A DNA stretch of 61,651 nucleotides, taken from a virus (taxonomy: Duplodnaviria; Caudoviricetes). Of this stretch, positions 27,869-37,548 are shown piece by piece. The number at the start of each line of letters is the position of its first letter. Position 1 is the stretch's first letter. The position numbers and the translations under genes were made by a program. Location: positions 1 to 61,651 of the IMG/VR virus record IMGVR_UViG_3300044448_003018. One strand, written 5' to 3'. Below the pieces are notes generated by a model. It saw only the letters and a list, made by a program, of their open reading frames with translations, did not search any database and had not been told where the DNA came from.

Positions 27869-27894
27869 ATTAATATACCAAAACAATAAACCAT

Positions 27895-28437
27895 ATGACC
27901 ATAAATGAAAAGCTGGCAACGATCCAGACAAAATTTAAATCTAAAAAATCAAGGTTTAATTCATTCGGCAAATACTACTTCAGATCAGCCGAAGACATTC
28001 TCGAAGCAACAAAACCCTACCTGTTAGAGTTAGGAGTATCAGTAACGATTAATGAAGAACTAATCGCTAGTGATCCTATGCCAATACTACAAACTAGTGC
28101 TACAGTATCAGACGGTAAAAATCATATTGTAGCTACAGCTTTAGTTGGTGTAGACTTGAATCAAAAAGGTATGCAAGTACCTCAACAGTTTGGTTCTGCA
28201 TCGAGTTACGGTAAGAAATATGCCTTAGGCAATTTATTTCTAATCGACGACACTCAAGACAGCGATGCTGTTAATACACACGGTAAAGCGCCGAAAGCAA
28301 AAAACACGTTAACCTCTAAATCAGATCCAGCTTTCAAAAAAGCTCAGGACTATATAAAAGCAGGAGGTAAGTTAAACGCTATAAAAGCTAAGTATGCCTT
28401 ATCTAAAGAAGTTGAGGCCGAATTAAATACTCTCTAA
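27895..28437 (+). CDS. ERF-family ssDNA annealing protein
   Basis: FNSFGKYYFRSAEDILEA, QQFGSASSYGKKYALGNLFLIDDTQDSD. Confidence 0.9.
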   Translation: MTINEKLATIQTKFKSKKSRFNSFGKYYFRSAEDILEATKPYLLELGVSVTINEELIASDPMPILQTSATVSDGKNHIVATALVGVDLNQKGMQVPQQFGSASSYGKKYALGNLFLIDDTQDSDAVNTHGKAPKAKNTLTSKSDPAFKKAQDYIKAGGKLNAIKAKYALSKEVEAELNTL

Positions 28438-29162
28438 TGAAAGACGTATTAAAAAAGTTAGAAAATGATGAACATTATTATGGTGAGTTTGGAAAACAAT
28501 ACCTTAGTAATTCTGATATTTCTACATTACTTACAAACCCTTTAGCTTTAGGAAAGCAGCAAGCACCACGCCCTGCGTTTCTAATTGGTGGTTATTTTCA
28601 CACGGCTATACTAGAACCTGATAAACTTAAAAAGTTTAAGGTTATAGAAGCTACAACTAGAAATACTAAAGCTTACAAGGAGATGTCTGGCGGTGAACTA
28701 TGTTTACTACAACATGAGGTTGATCAGATCGAACTAATGACTGAAAAAGTATTAGCAAACGATATGTGCAGAGATCTTATACGTGGTATAAACGTAGAAT
28801 ACGAACGACCAGGTATTACAGAGCTTGAAGGTTTAAACTGGAAAGGTAAAGCAGATATAGTAAACCACGATGAAAAACTTATTATTGATCTAAAGACAAC
28901 AGCAGATCTTAATAAGTTTAAGTGGTCTGCTTCTAAATACAACTACGACAGTCAAGCTTATATTTACAGTAAGTTATTTGGTTATGAATTTATATTTATA
29001 GCCATAGACAAGAATACCCATCAAATAGGTATATTCGACTGTTCTCCGCAATTTTATGAGAGAGGAGCTGATAAAGTTCAACGAGCATCAGAACAATATA
29101 AACTATTTTATCAATCAGAGGATTTTGATCCTCAACAATTTTTTATTAATCAAACCCTATAA
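28437..29162 (+). CDS. PD-(D/E)XK exonuclease (RecE/ExoVIII-like)
   Basis: LSNS, G..FHTAILEP, KGKAD, IDLKTT, YDSQAYIY. Confidence 0.85.
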   Translation: MKDVLKKLENDEHYYGEFGKQYLSNSDISTLLTNPLALGKQQAPRPAFLIGGYFHTAILEPDKLKKFKVIEATTRNTKAYKEMSGGELCLLQHEVDQIELMTEKVLANDMCRDLIRGINVEYERPGITELEGLNWKGKADIVNHDEKLIIDLKTTADLNKFKWSASKYNYDSQAYIYSKLFGYEFIFIAIDKNTHQIGIFDCSPQFYERGADKVQRASEQYKLFYQSEDFDPQQFFINQTL

Positions 29163-29166
29163 ACAA

Positions 29167-29346
29167 ATGGCAAGAACCAGAAAAAACCAAACAAAAGTAT
29201 GCAGTGTAACAGGATTAGAAACTTCTGTAAACAATTTTTACAAGAACCAAACTCACGTTAAAGCTGTAGATAATTTGCGACGTAATAGTAATGCTACTAA
29301 AGAGCAAATGCAACGCATGTTTAATCAAATAAATTCATACGCATAA
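29167..29346 (+). CDS. Small hypothetical protein, 59 aa (MARTRKNQ...)
   Basis: More likely start than the 29056 given in the track; A-rich leader. Confidence 0.65.
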   Translation: MARTRKNQTKVCSVTGLETSVNNFYKNQTHVKAVDNLRRNSNATKEQMQRMFNQINSYA

Positions 29347-29654
29347 TGGCTAGTATAATTAAAGCTAGTATTAACCTTAATGAAATACCTAAAGATAAAA
29401 TTATCATAGGTAAAAAAGGTAAATACTTACCTATAACAATTACGATCAATGATGAGCCAGATCAGTTTGGCAATCAAGGTCCTATTGTTGTAGCACAATC
29501 AAAAGAAGAGAGAGAGTCTAAAACCGCTAAAGTTTACCTAGGTAATGTACAAGTAGTTTGGACTAATGGCGACAACGTTGCAGCAGCACCACGTGATGGT
29601 CAACCGCAACAAGCAGCACCAGTAGCTGCACCGGTAGATGATTTACCATTTTAA
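29346..29654 (+). CDS. Single-stranded DNA-binding protein
   Basis: Small beta protein with acidic DDLPF C-terminal tail. Confidence 0.7.
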   Translation: MASIIKASINLNEIPKDKIIIGKKGKYLPITITINDEPDQFGNQGPIVVAQSKEERESKTAKVYLGNVQVVWTNGDNVAAAPRDGQPQQAAPVAAPVDDLPF

Positions 29655-29663
29655 TTAAATTAA

Positions 29664-31373
29664 ATGCAGACAACAGAGATCAATGGATTTTTGATTGATG
29701 AGTTCAATCAACATAAGCTAGAAGAAGGGAAAAAGCAGGGTACATGCCCTCTTTGCTCGCACACTAGAAAACCTAAGAATCAAAAGGCAAAATGCGCGTC
29801 TTATGATTGGGAACGGGGTCTCGGTACTTGTCACAACTGTAATACAACTTTTCAACTTCACACATATAAGCGTAAAGGTGAAACTGTTAAGGTATATGAA
29901 AGACCCAAACAAGAGGTTATCAAACCACCTGATACTAAAGTTGTTGAATGGTTCAAATCAAGAGGTATATCTCAGAAAACCCTTGCTGACTTAAACGTCG
30001 GCGAGGGATCTGAATATATGCCACAAACCGGTAGAGCCGAGAACACAATAAAGTTCAATTATTTTATAGGCGGTGAGTTGATAAACATTAAATACCGCGA
30101 TGGAAGAAAGAACTTTAAATTATATAAAGGAGCTGAAAAAGTATTTTATAATATTGATAGCATTGTAGGTTATGACTCTTGTGCCATAGTTGAAGGCGAA
30201 ATGGACGTATTAGCTTTACATGAAGCTGGTATTACAAATGCTATATCTGTGCCAAATGGTGCTACATTAAATACTAATAACTTAGATTATCTTGATAACT
30301 GTATAGATTACTTTGAAGATAAAGATAAAGTTATATTAGCTGTAGATTCAGACGAAGCTGGTCAAGCATTACAAGCAGAACTTATAAGACGATTAGGTTC
30401 TGAAGTATGCTACATAGCTACGTTTGATGATTGTAAAGATGCTAACGAATATTTATTAAAGTATGACAAACAAAAATTGGCAGAGCGTATTGAAGGGGCA
30501 AGACCGGTACCACTTGAAAATGTCACGACATTTAGGGACATTGAAGACGAAGTCACGGACTTTGTACGTAACGGGTTTAAACCTGGATATCAAGTTGGTC
30601 TTCAAAATTTTGATAACATCTTTTCAACTTATACTGGTCAGTTTATTACTGTCACTGGTATTCCGAGTAGCGGGAAATCAGATTTTGTCGATCAGATGGT
30701 TATTGGCTATAACCAAAACTATGGCTGGAAAACGGCGTTCGCTAGTCCGGAGAATGTGCCGACTTACCTTCACGCGCATAAGTTAATGCGTAAGGTTTGG
30801 CAAGGTATGCCAACAGCAGCTGATATACACGGTGATCGTTGGAATAAAATAGCTGATCATTGTAATACAAACTTTTTTCATATTGATATGGAACGATACA
30901 CACTAGAGTCAGTACTTAAAAAAGGTGCTGAGCTAGTTAAACGTAAAGGTATTAAATGTCTTGTTATTGATCCATTTAATAAAGTTAGAGACGTTGATTG
31001 TAAAACAGAAGACGTTAACAGATATACAATGGAGTACTTAACTAAAATTGAAATGTTTGCTAAAAAGTTTGACGTTTTAGTTTTTGTAGTAGCACATCCT
31101 ACTAAAATGTATAAAGACAAAGATGGAAAAATTGAAGAACCTACAATGTATAATATCAAAGGAGGTGGTGAATGGTATGACGCTAGTTATCATGGCATAT
31201 TGGTGCATCGGGATTATGAAGAAAAAACAGTCAAAGCTAAAGTGCTTAAGGTAAAGTTTCAAAACCTCGGTGAAAACGGAGCTGAAGCATATTTTAAGTG
31301 GGAACCAAAGTCTGGTTGTTTTATACCACATGAGCCTGTAAGTATTAATGATGAACCTATGCCGTGGGAATAA
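29664..31373 (+). CDS. Primase-helicase (T7 gp4/Twinkle-like)
   Basis: Zn finger CPLC...CHNC, TOPRIM EGEMD / DSDEAG / KDANE, SF4 helicase GIPSSGKS, IDP, VAHP. Confidence 0.95.
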   Translation: MQTTEINGFLIDEFNQHKLEEGKKQGTCPLCSHTRKPKNQKAKCASYDWERGLGTCHNCNTTFQLHTYKRKGETVKVYERPKQEVIKPPDTKVVEWFKSRGISQKTLADLNVGEGSEYMPQTGRAENTIKFNYFIGGELINIKYRDGRKNFKLYKGAEKVFYNIDSIVGYDSCAIVEGEMDVLALHEAGITNAISVPNGATLNTNNLDYLDNCIDYFEDKDKVILAVDSDEAGQALQAELIRRLGSEVCYIATFDDCKDANEYLLKYDKQKLAERIEGARPVPLENVTTFRDIEDEVTDFVRNGFKPGYQVGLQNFDNIFSTYTGQFITVTGIPSSGKSDFVDQMVIGYNQNYGWKTAFASPENVPTYLHAHKLMRKVWQGMPTAADIHGDRWNKIADHCNTNFFHIDMERYTLESVLKKGAELVKRKGIKCLVIDPFNKVRDVDCKTEDVNRYTMEYLTKIEMFAKKFDVLVFVVAHPTKMYKDKDGKIEEPTMYNIKGGGEWYDASYHGILVHRDYEEKTVKAKVLKVKFQNLGENGAEAYFKWEPKSGCFIPHEPVSINDEPMPWE

Positions 31374-31628
31374 ATGGCTTGGAAGAAAAATAAGATAAAC
31401 ATGGGTAAGTATAATGCTACAGAGCATGATCTTAAAGCATATAGATGGTGTATACGTAATAAAATATATATTGCACCAAAAGCTATTAATGATGCTAAAT
31501 GGTCTATAGTAATAACAAACAACGGTAAAACCTATGAAGATCCTAGTCATTATATTAGAGATTTAATATGGGAAAAGATTTACGAATATTATAAATATTA
31601 TTATGAAAAAAACATATCAAAACGCTAA
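31374..31628 (+). CDS. Hypothetical protein
   Basis: 84 aa. Confidence 0.7.
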   Translation: MAWKKNKINMGKYNATEHDLKAYRWCIRNKIYIAPKAINDAKWSIVITNNGKTYEDPSHYIRDLIWEKIYEYYKYYYEKNISKR

Positions 31629-32244
31629 TGAAGCATACGAAGCTGTACTTAACAACATTATAGTTGAAGGTATAGACTTTGGAGATACTAAAGCTGTATT
31701 TAATTGTGGTTTTTATATAATGGATCCAGAAGATAATTATATATCAAACAGACAACGTAATTGGAGTTTAAAGTATGCAGAAGCTGAATGGCAATGGTAT
31801 TTATCTGGTGATCCAAATATTAAAAAGCTTGGTGAACTGTATGGTAAAATACCACCTATATGGGAACGTATGGCAGATAGTCACGGTAATGTTAATTCAA
31901 ACTATGGTTATCAATGGAGACGTAATTGTCAAATAGATTATGTATGTGCTAAGTTAAAGTCTTGCAAAGATACTAGGCATGCTGCTATAAGTATTTATGA
32001 TGCTAAAGAAAACAGCAAATATCAAAAAGATACGCCTTGTACTTATGCAATACAGTTTACAATTATAAACAATGAGCTTTGTATGTCAGTCTACATGCGT
32101 TCTAATGACATCTGGTACGGTTTCTGTAATGATCAATATCAATTTTCATCATTACAAAAAATGATTGCAGAGAGACTGAATTTAAAAATTGGTTGGTATT
32201 ACCACCACGCACATAACATGCACTTATATAACAATAAACTTTAA
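31603..32244 (+). CDS. Thymidylate-synthase-superfamily enzyme, dCMP hydroxymethylase-like
   Basis: EWQWY, NSNYGYQW, PCT catalytic Cys, MRSNDIWYGFCND, H.Y. Confidence 0.8.
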   Translation: MKKTYQNANEAYEAVLNNIIVEGIDFGDTKAVFNCGFYIMDPEDNYISNRQRNWSLKYAEAEWQWYLSGDPNIKKLGELYGKIPPIWERMADSHGNVNSNYGYQWRRNCQIDYVCAKLKSCKDTRHAAISIYDAKENSKYQKDTPCTYAIQFTIINNELCMSVYMRSNDIWYGFCNDQYQFSSLQKMIAERLNLKIGWYYHHAHNMHLYNNKL

Positions 32245-32249
32245 AATTT

Positions 32250-33032
32250 ATGTATTATTTATACCATATACCAGGTAAAAAGATTGGTGTTACACGTGAT
32301 CTTAATACACGGGTTACCCTTATACAAGGCTATAAGGAGAATGAGTATGAAGTTCTTGAACAGTCAGACGATATAGATTATATATCAGACCGTGAAATAG
32401 AACTTCAAAAGTCTTACGGCTATAAGGTCGATAGAAAACCATATAAACACTTATTTAATAAAATGAATATAAACGCAACAGAACAAACCTCAACTTTCCC
32501 TTGTCCAGTTAATAAATTAAAAGGCAGGCTTACGGATAACATAGGTCTTACTTGGCAAACAGATCACGGCCAGTTTGAAATTACAAAACGAACGATCTCA
32601 TGGATAATGGCTAATGTTAAAGAGTCAATGTATAATCGTAATAGATCATATGTTTATAACAAAGCTTTTTATGAAGCATTTTTAGATACAAAGCATACGC
32701 CTAAACCTAAATATAAAACTAGTGTTGAAAAAATCCCAAACCGTTTTGAGCTTATAAGAATATGGGCAAAAGACAGAGGTTTATATGACAAGGGTAATTC
32801 ACATACTCAGTACGTTAAGCTAATGGAAGAAGCTGGTGAACTTGCTCAAGCAATATTAAAGCAAGACAAACCAGAAGTACAAGATGCTATTGGCGATATG
32901 GTTGTAGTACTTACAAACCTAGCAGAACTTGAAGGCTTTACAATTGAAGACTGTATTGACTCTGCTTATACTGAAATATCTACACGTAGAGGTAAAATGC
33001 ATAACGGAACATTTGTAAAAGAAACGCTATGA
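32250..33032 (+). CDS. Fusion of GIY-YIG-like N-terminus and MazG-like NTP pyrophosphatase
   Basis: N-terminal YYLY...KIGVT..L..R...REIELQ; C-terminal WAKDRGL...KLMEEAGEL...DAIGD...AY.EI..R.G. Confidence 0.75.
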   Translation: MYYLYHIPGKKIGVTRDLNTRVTLIQGYKENEYEVLEQSDDIDYISDREIELQKSYGYKVDRKPYKHLFNKMNINATEQTSTFPCPVNKLKGRLTDNIGLTWQTDHGQFEITKRTISWIMANVKESMYNRNRSYVYNKAFYEAFLDTKHTPKPKYKTSVEKIPNRFELIRIWAKDRGLYDKGNSHTQYVKLMEEAGELAQAILKQDKPEVQDAIGDMVVVLTNLAELEGFTIEDCIDSAYTEISTRRGKMHNGTFVKETL

Positions 33033-33310
33033 AGATAAGAACTAAAGATGCTATAGTACAAGCCGTGCTTAAAAAAATGGACGAACGTAGTTTAATCGGC
33101 CAAAAAAAGTATGGAGCTACAATGATGCAAGAGATCGAAGGTCAGGAAAAAGATCTTAATCGTTTCTTAGTTGATGTACAAGAAGAACTAATGGATGCAC
33201 TGCTTTATATTGAAGCTGCTAAACGTTGTCTGTCTGACGAGATTGAAGAAGCTATGATCAAACGTTTTGACATTGAAGAAATAGAAGTTCATGATGAAAC
33301 GACCTTATAA
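33029..33310 (+). CDS. All-alpha NTP pyrophosphohydrolase-like protein
   Basis: R...GQKKYG...QEELMDALLY. Confidence 0.6.
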   Translation: MKIRTKDAIVQAVLKKMDERSLIGQKKYGATMMQEIEGQEKDLNRFLVDVQEELMDALLYIEAAKRCLSDEIEEAMIKRFDIEEIEVHDETTL

Positions 33311-33749
33311 ACGCAGACGTAAACGCGGGCCAGTACAGTCAAAAAAAGTATCATATGATGGTATTAATTTTGCATCTGGCCTTGAGCGTTATATGTATAT
33401 GGCTTTAAAAAAAGAAAAAATCAAAGCTAAATACGAAGGAGAAACTTTTGTTTTATTACCAGGTTTTCATTTTGAAAACGAAGTATACGAAAGATGCAGC
33501 AATGGTAAAGGTAATTACCAAAATCGTGGCTGCAAGCGTATACTACCTATAAAATATACACCGGATTTTATTGGTGATGATTTTATAATTGAAACAAAAG
33601 GTAGAGCTAATGAGTCTTTTCCAATGCGTTGGAAGTTATTTAAAAGACTTGTTATGAATCAGTTTCCTAATTACACTTTATATAAACCACAAAATCAAAA
33701 AGAATGCGACGAGACAATAAGCATAATCCTTTCGAAGCGAAAAGGATAG
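33291..33749 (+). CDS. Endonuclease I-like Holliday-junction resolvase
   Basis: FASGLE, YTPDF, IIETKG. Confidence 0.85.
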   Translation: MMKRPYKRRRKRGPVQSKKVSYDGINFASGLERYMYMALKKEKIKAKYEGETFVLLPGFHFENEVYERCSNGKGNYQNRGCKRILPIKYTPDFIGDDFIIETKGRANESFPMRWKLFKRLVMNQFPNYTLYKPQNQKECDETISIILSKRKG

Positions 33750-34136
33750 CTAGGCAAAAGTATGCTGAGCGTCAAATTGATAAGTGGTGGAACTGGAGTT
33801 GGGAAGCGCGAGGTAAAATAAAATATAAAGAATTAGTAGAAATACAAAATAGATATGGAATCAAATGTTATTGATTATGTTTTAGAAAAATATCCTAAGA
33901 CATTTAAAAACAAAGAAATATTAGTAGAAGAAAATGATACATGTTATTTTGTATCAACAAACAAAGATGAATCACCTTTAATATTAAGTAAAAATGTTAC
34001 AAAATAAATCATGGAGTTTATCATTAGGTTTTTATCCTGGTGTATTGCTAGGCGTAAGATCTTATCATGAAGATAAACAAACAACACACGTATTATATAT
34101 ACCTTTTATTGACATAGCTTTAGAAATATATAACTA

Positions 34137-35105
34137 ATGGGATTATTTGATAAAAGAATACCGTATAAGCCTTTTGAGTACCCGGAGTATTACACAGAAG
34201 GTTGGCTAAAACAAGCTCAAGCATTTTGGTTGCACACTGAAATACCAATGAGCGGAGATGTTAAAGATTGGAACGAAAAATTAAATGATAAAGAAAAGAA
34301 CTTGGTCGGTAATATATTACTGGGCTTCGCACAGACGGAGTGTGCGGTTTCTGATTACTGGACCCAAAAAGTAGTAAGCTGGTTTCCTAAGTACGAAATA
34401 CAGCAAATGGCTATGATGTTTGGATCTCAAGAGACGATACACGCAGTAGCATATAGTTATTTAAATGAAACATTAGGATTAGAAAATTATGAAGCATTTC
34501 TTCACGAACCAGCCACGGCTGAGAGATTTGATAATTTGGTTGCTTATAACGGTGATAATCCAGTTGGTATTGGTAAAAGCTTGGCTGTATTTTCAGCCTT
34601 CGCTGAAGGAGTTAGTTTGTATAGTGCTTTTGCAGTGCTTTATAGTTTTCAGCTTCGAAATTTACTTAAGGGTATCGGGCAACAAATGAAATGGTCTGTA
34701 CGTGATGAAAGCTTACACAGTAAAATGGGTTGCAAGCTTTTCCGCGATATGTGCAGTGAAAACAATCAATTATTGAATTTATGTCGAGAAGATATAGTAA
34801 AAGCTGCGGAAACTATGGTTGATCTAGAAACTAAATACATTAACAAAATGTTTGAGATGGGTGATATTGAAGGCATATCAGCTAATGATCTTATACATTT
34901 TATAAAAAAGAGAGCAAATGAAAAACTTGTTGAACTGGGTTACGTTGACCTTGGGAACTATTTCGCGTATGACAAGGGCGCAGCGTCTAATCTTGATTGG
35001 TTCTATCATCTTACCGGCGGGGTCACTCATACTGATTTTTTCGCAATACGGCCGACAGATTATAGCAAAGCTAATGAAGGGGAAGACTTCGAGGACATTT
35101 GGTAA
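34137..35105 (+). CDS. nrdB: Ribonucleotide reductase class Ia beta subunit
   Basis: FW...E, ETIHAVAYS, EGVSLYSAF, VRDESLH, DFF. Confidence 0.95.
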   Translation: MGLFDKRIPYKPFEYPEYYTEGWLKQAQAFWLHTEIPMSGDVKDWNEKLNDKEKNLVGNILLGFAQTECAVSDYWTQKVVSWFPKYEIQQMAMMFGSQETIHAVAYSYLNETLGLENYEAFLHEPATAERFDNLVAYNGDNPVGIGKSLAVFSAFAEGVSLYSAFAVLYSFQLRNLLKGIGQQMKWSVRDESLHSKMGCKLFRDMCSENNQLLNLCREDIVKAAETMVDLETKYINKMFEMGDIEGISANDLIHFIKKRANEKLVELGYVDLGNYFAYDKGAASNLDWFYHLTGGVTHTDFFAIRPTDYSKANEGEDFEDIW

Positions 35106-35137
35106 CATAACAGAAAAAGATATATACAAAGATTTAT

Positions 35138-35365
35138 ATGAAGGGAAGTAAACAAAGCAGAACAGATCTGCTAGAAAAAAAGATACAAGCAGCAATAAAT
35201 ATAATTAAGCAATTGTTAGACGAAAATGCTTACTTAAAAGACTTGTCTGTAGGTACACTAGAAACTGTAAAGCTAATGCCAGGTTATGAAGAGGCAATAG
35301 AACAATTAAAAAATAAATTAAAAGAAGATGGAGAGAAAAAGAAGATGGAAGTACAGGCTGATTAA
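35138..35365 (+). CDS. Hypothetical coiled-coil protein
   Basis: 75 aa. Confidence 0.65.
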   Translation: MKGSKQSRTDLLEKKIQAAINIIKQLLDENAYLKDLSVGTLETVKLMPGYEEAIEQLKNKLKEDGEKKKMEVQAD

Positions 35366-35597
35366 GGCTTTACGCTATACTAATAAGCTCACATCTTGGC
35401 AGAAGTTTGCGTCACGTGTTGGATACATGGGCGCAGGCTTTGTTATAGCTGGACAATGGACAATTGAACCTGTATTTTTTATTATAGGTTTTATATGTGT
35501 GATAGTACAAACATCATCACGTAAACAATGGAACTTAGTAGCTTTAAACATAAACGGTTTAATAGCTTGGATAATACACTTAATAAACGGAGTATAA
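35328..35597 (+). CDS. Small multi-TM membrane protein (PnuC/half-transporter-like)
   Basis: 89 aa, three hydrophobic segments, KQWNLVALN. Confidence 0.5.
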   Translation: MERKRRWKYRLIKALRYTNKLTSWQKFASRVGYMGAGFVIAGQWTIEPVFFIIGFICVIVQTSSRKQWNLVALNINGLIAWIIHLINGV

Positions 35598-35598
35598 A

Positions 35599-37320
35599 AT
35601 GTGGAATAATGAATGGAAAAAAGGAGAAGATTACCCTAAGTGGGGTGATACAGACGTATACAAAAAAACTATATCAGGCGGTTACTTACTTCAAGATGAA
35701 ACACCCCGTGAAGCATACATGCGCGTTGCTAAAACAGTTGCGCGTAGACTTTACAAACCTGAACTGGCCAACACGTTTTTTGATTATATTTGGAATGGTT
35801 GGTTGTGTCTGGCTAGTCCTGTGCTATCAAACACAGGGACTGATCGCGGTCTACCTATATCTTGCTTTGGCATTGATGTTGCAGACTCGATTCAAGACAT
35901 AGGAAGTAAAAATCTAGAGATGATGCTACTCGCAAAGCACGGCGGTGGAGTTGGTATCGGTATAAATCAAATAAGACCCGCTGGTGCTAAAATAACAGGT
36001 AATGGAACAAGTGATGGCGTTGTGCCGTTTTGTAAAATATACGATTCTACAATACTTGCCACTAATCAAGGATCTGTCAGACGAGGAGCTGCATCAGTTA
36101 ATATTAATATTGAACACTCCGATTTCGATGAGTGGCTTGAAATACGCGAACCCAAAGGTGATGTCAACAGACAATCACTTAATCTGCACCAATGCGCTGT
36201 GGTTGGCGATAAGTTTATGCGACGAATTGAACAAGGAGATAAAGACGCTAGAAAACGTTGGGGAAAATTACTTCAAAAGCGTAAAGCTACTGGAGAGCCT
36301 TATATTCTTTTTAAAGGTAACACAAACAAGAATAACCCCAGAGCCTACAAAGACAATGGCTTAAAGGTGCATATGACAAACATATGTTCAGAGATTACAT
36401 TACACACAGACGAGAACCATAGCTTTGTATGTTGCTTGTCGTCATTAAATTTAGCTAAATACGATGAATGGAAAGGAAGCAACCTTATATATCACGCCAC
36501 GTGGTTTCTTGATGGCGTCATGGAGGAATTTATTCAAAGAGCAAAAGGACTTAGAGGTTTTGAAAATGCCATTCGTTCCGCTACGAAAGGACGAGCACTT
36601 GGGTTGGGTGTACTGGGATGGCACACCTATCTCCAAGAAAAGGCTATTCCTTTTGAAGGTTTACTTGCTCAGTTTGAAACTAGGAAAATATTTTCGCAAA
36701 TTAAAATCGAGTCTGAACGCGCTAGTATGGATCTTGCTGAGGTTTATGGCGAGCCTTTGTGGTGTGTTGGTAGTGGTTATCGTAATACTCACCTTAGGGC
36801 TATTGCTCCCACTGTTAGTAATTCAAAGCTTAGCGGAAACATTTCGCCGGGAATAGAACCCTGGGCTGCTAATGTATTTACAGAGCAGTCTGCTAAGGGA
36901 ACATTTATAAGAAAAAATCCTACACTTTTAAAATTACTTAGAAAACTTAAAATCAATACAAATGAAACTTGGGATAAAATTCTGGCAGATGGTGGTAGTG
37001 TTCAAGGTCTATCTGAGCTTGATGGGGTTACAATGGGACCTCACGATGTACCAGCTAAAGACGTTTTTAAAACGTTTAAAGAGATCAATCAACTCGAACT
37101 AGTAAATCAAGCTGGTATACGCCAACAGTACATAGATCAGTCTGTTAGTTTAAACCTAGCGTTTCCTAGTGTAGCTACACCTAAATGGATTAACCAGGTC
37201 CATATGTCAGCATGGAAGAAAGGTATTAAAACTTTATATTATACTCGTACCGAGTCTGTATTAAGAGGTGATATAGCTCAACAAGCAATGAGTGAAGACT
37301 GTATAGCCTGTGACGGATAA
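35599..37320 (+). CDS. nrdA: Ribonucleotide reductase class Ia alpha subunit
   Basis: ASPVLSN, ISCF, GGGVG, TNICSEI, VCCLSS, AIAPT, DQSVS, KTLYY, C-terminal CIAC. Confidence 0.95.
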   Translation: MWNNEWKKGEDYPKWGDTDVYKKTISGGYLLQDETPREAYMRVAKTVARRLYKPELANTFFDYIWNGWLCLASPVLSNTGTDRGLPISCFGIDVADSIQDIGSKNLEMMLLAKHGGGVGIGINQIRPAGAKITGNGTSDGVVPFCKIYDSTILATNQGSVRRGAASVNINIEHSDFDEWLEIREPKGDVNRQSLNLHQCAVVGDKFMRRIEQGDKDARKRWGKLLQKRKATGEPYILFKGNTNKNNPRAYKDNGLKVHMTNICSEITLHTDENHSFVCCLSSLNLAKYDEWKGSNLIYHATWFLDGVMEEFIQRAKGLRGFENAIRSATKGRALGLGVLGWHTYLQEKAIPFEGLLAQFETRKIFSQIKIESERASMDLAEVYGEPLWCVGSGYRNTHLRAIAPTVSNSKLSGNISPGIEPWAANVFTEQSAKGTFIRKNPTLLKLLRKLKINTNETWDKILADGGSVQGLSELDGVTMGPHDVPAKDVFKTFKEINQLELVNQAGIRQQYIDQSVSLNLAFPSVATPKWINQVHMSAWKKGIKTLYYTRTESVLRGDIAQQAMSEDCIACDG

Positions 37321-37327
37321 AAACAAT

Positions 37328-37355
37328 GAAGGGGACCTCGTTTGAGATCCCCTTC
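37328..37355. terminator. Hairpin at the convergence of the two transcription arms
   Basis: GAAGGGGA-CCTCGTTTGAGA-TCCCCTTC. Confidence 0.65.
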
Positions 37356-37402
37356 GGTTACAGGAACTTTTGGGTATGGTACGCCCATTTTATTTTTGTT
37401 CC

Positions 37403-37543
37403 TTATTTTTTACATACACACTGCGCGACTGGGCAGTCTGATACGTTTATAACTAGTTTTGATAATAACCAATTCCATTTACAGCAACACTTACACCAAA
37501 ATGCTTGTATTGCTATTCCCCATTTTACTAATAATTTTCCCAT
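37403..37543 (-). CDS. Cys-rich small peptide, 46 aa
   Basis: MGKLLVKWGIAIQAFWCKCCCKWNWLLSKLVINVSDCPVAQCVCKK; last gene of the late arm; not in the ORF track. Confidence 0.6.
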   Translation of the reverse strand: MGKLLVKWGIAIQAFWCKCCCKWNWLLSKLVINVSDCPVAQCVCKK

Positions 37544-37548
37544 AATAT

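Noticed and set aside
31603-32244. Plain thyA call
   Set aside because: It lacks the ThyA PFN motif and has Asp at the specificity position, so the symbol is withheld.
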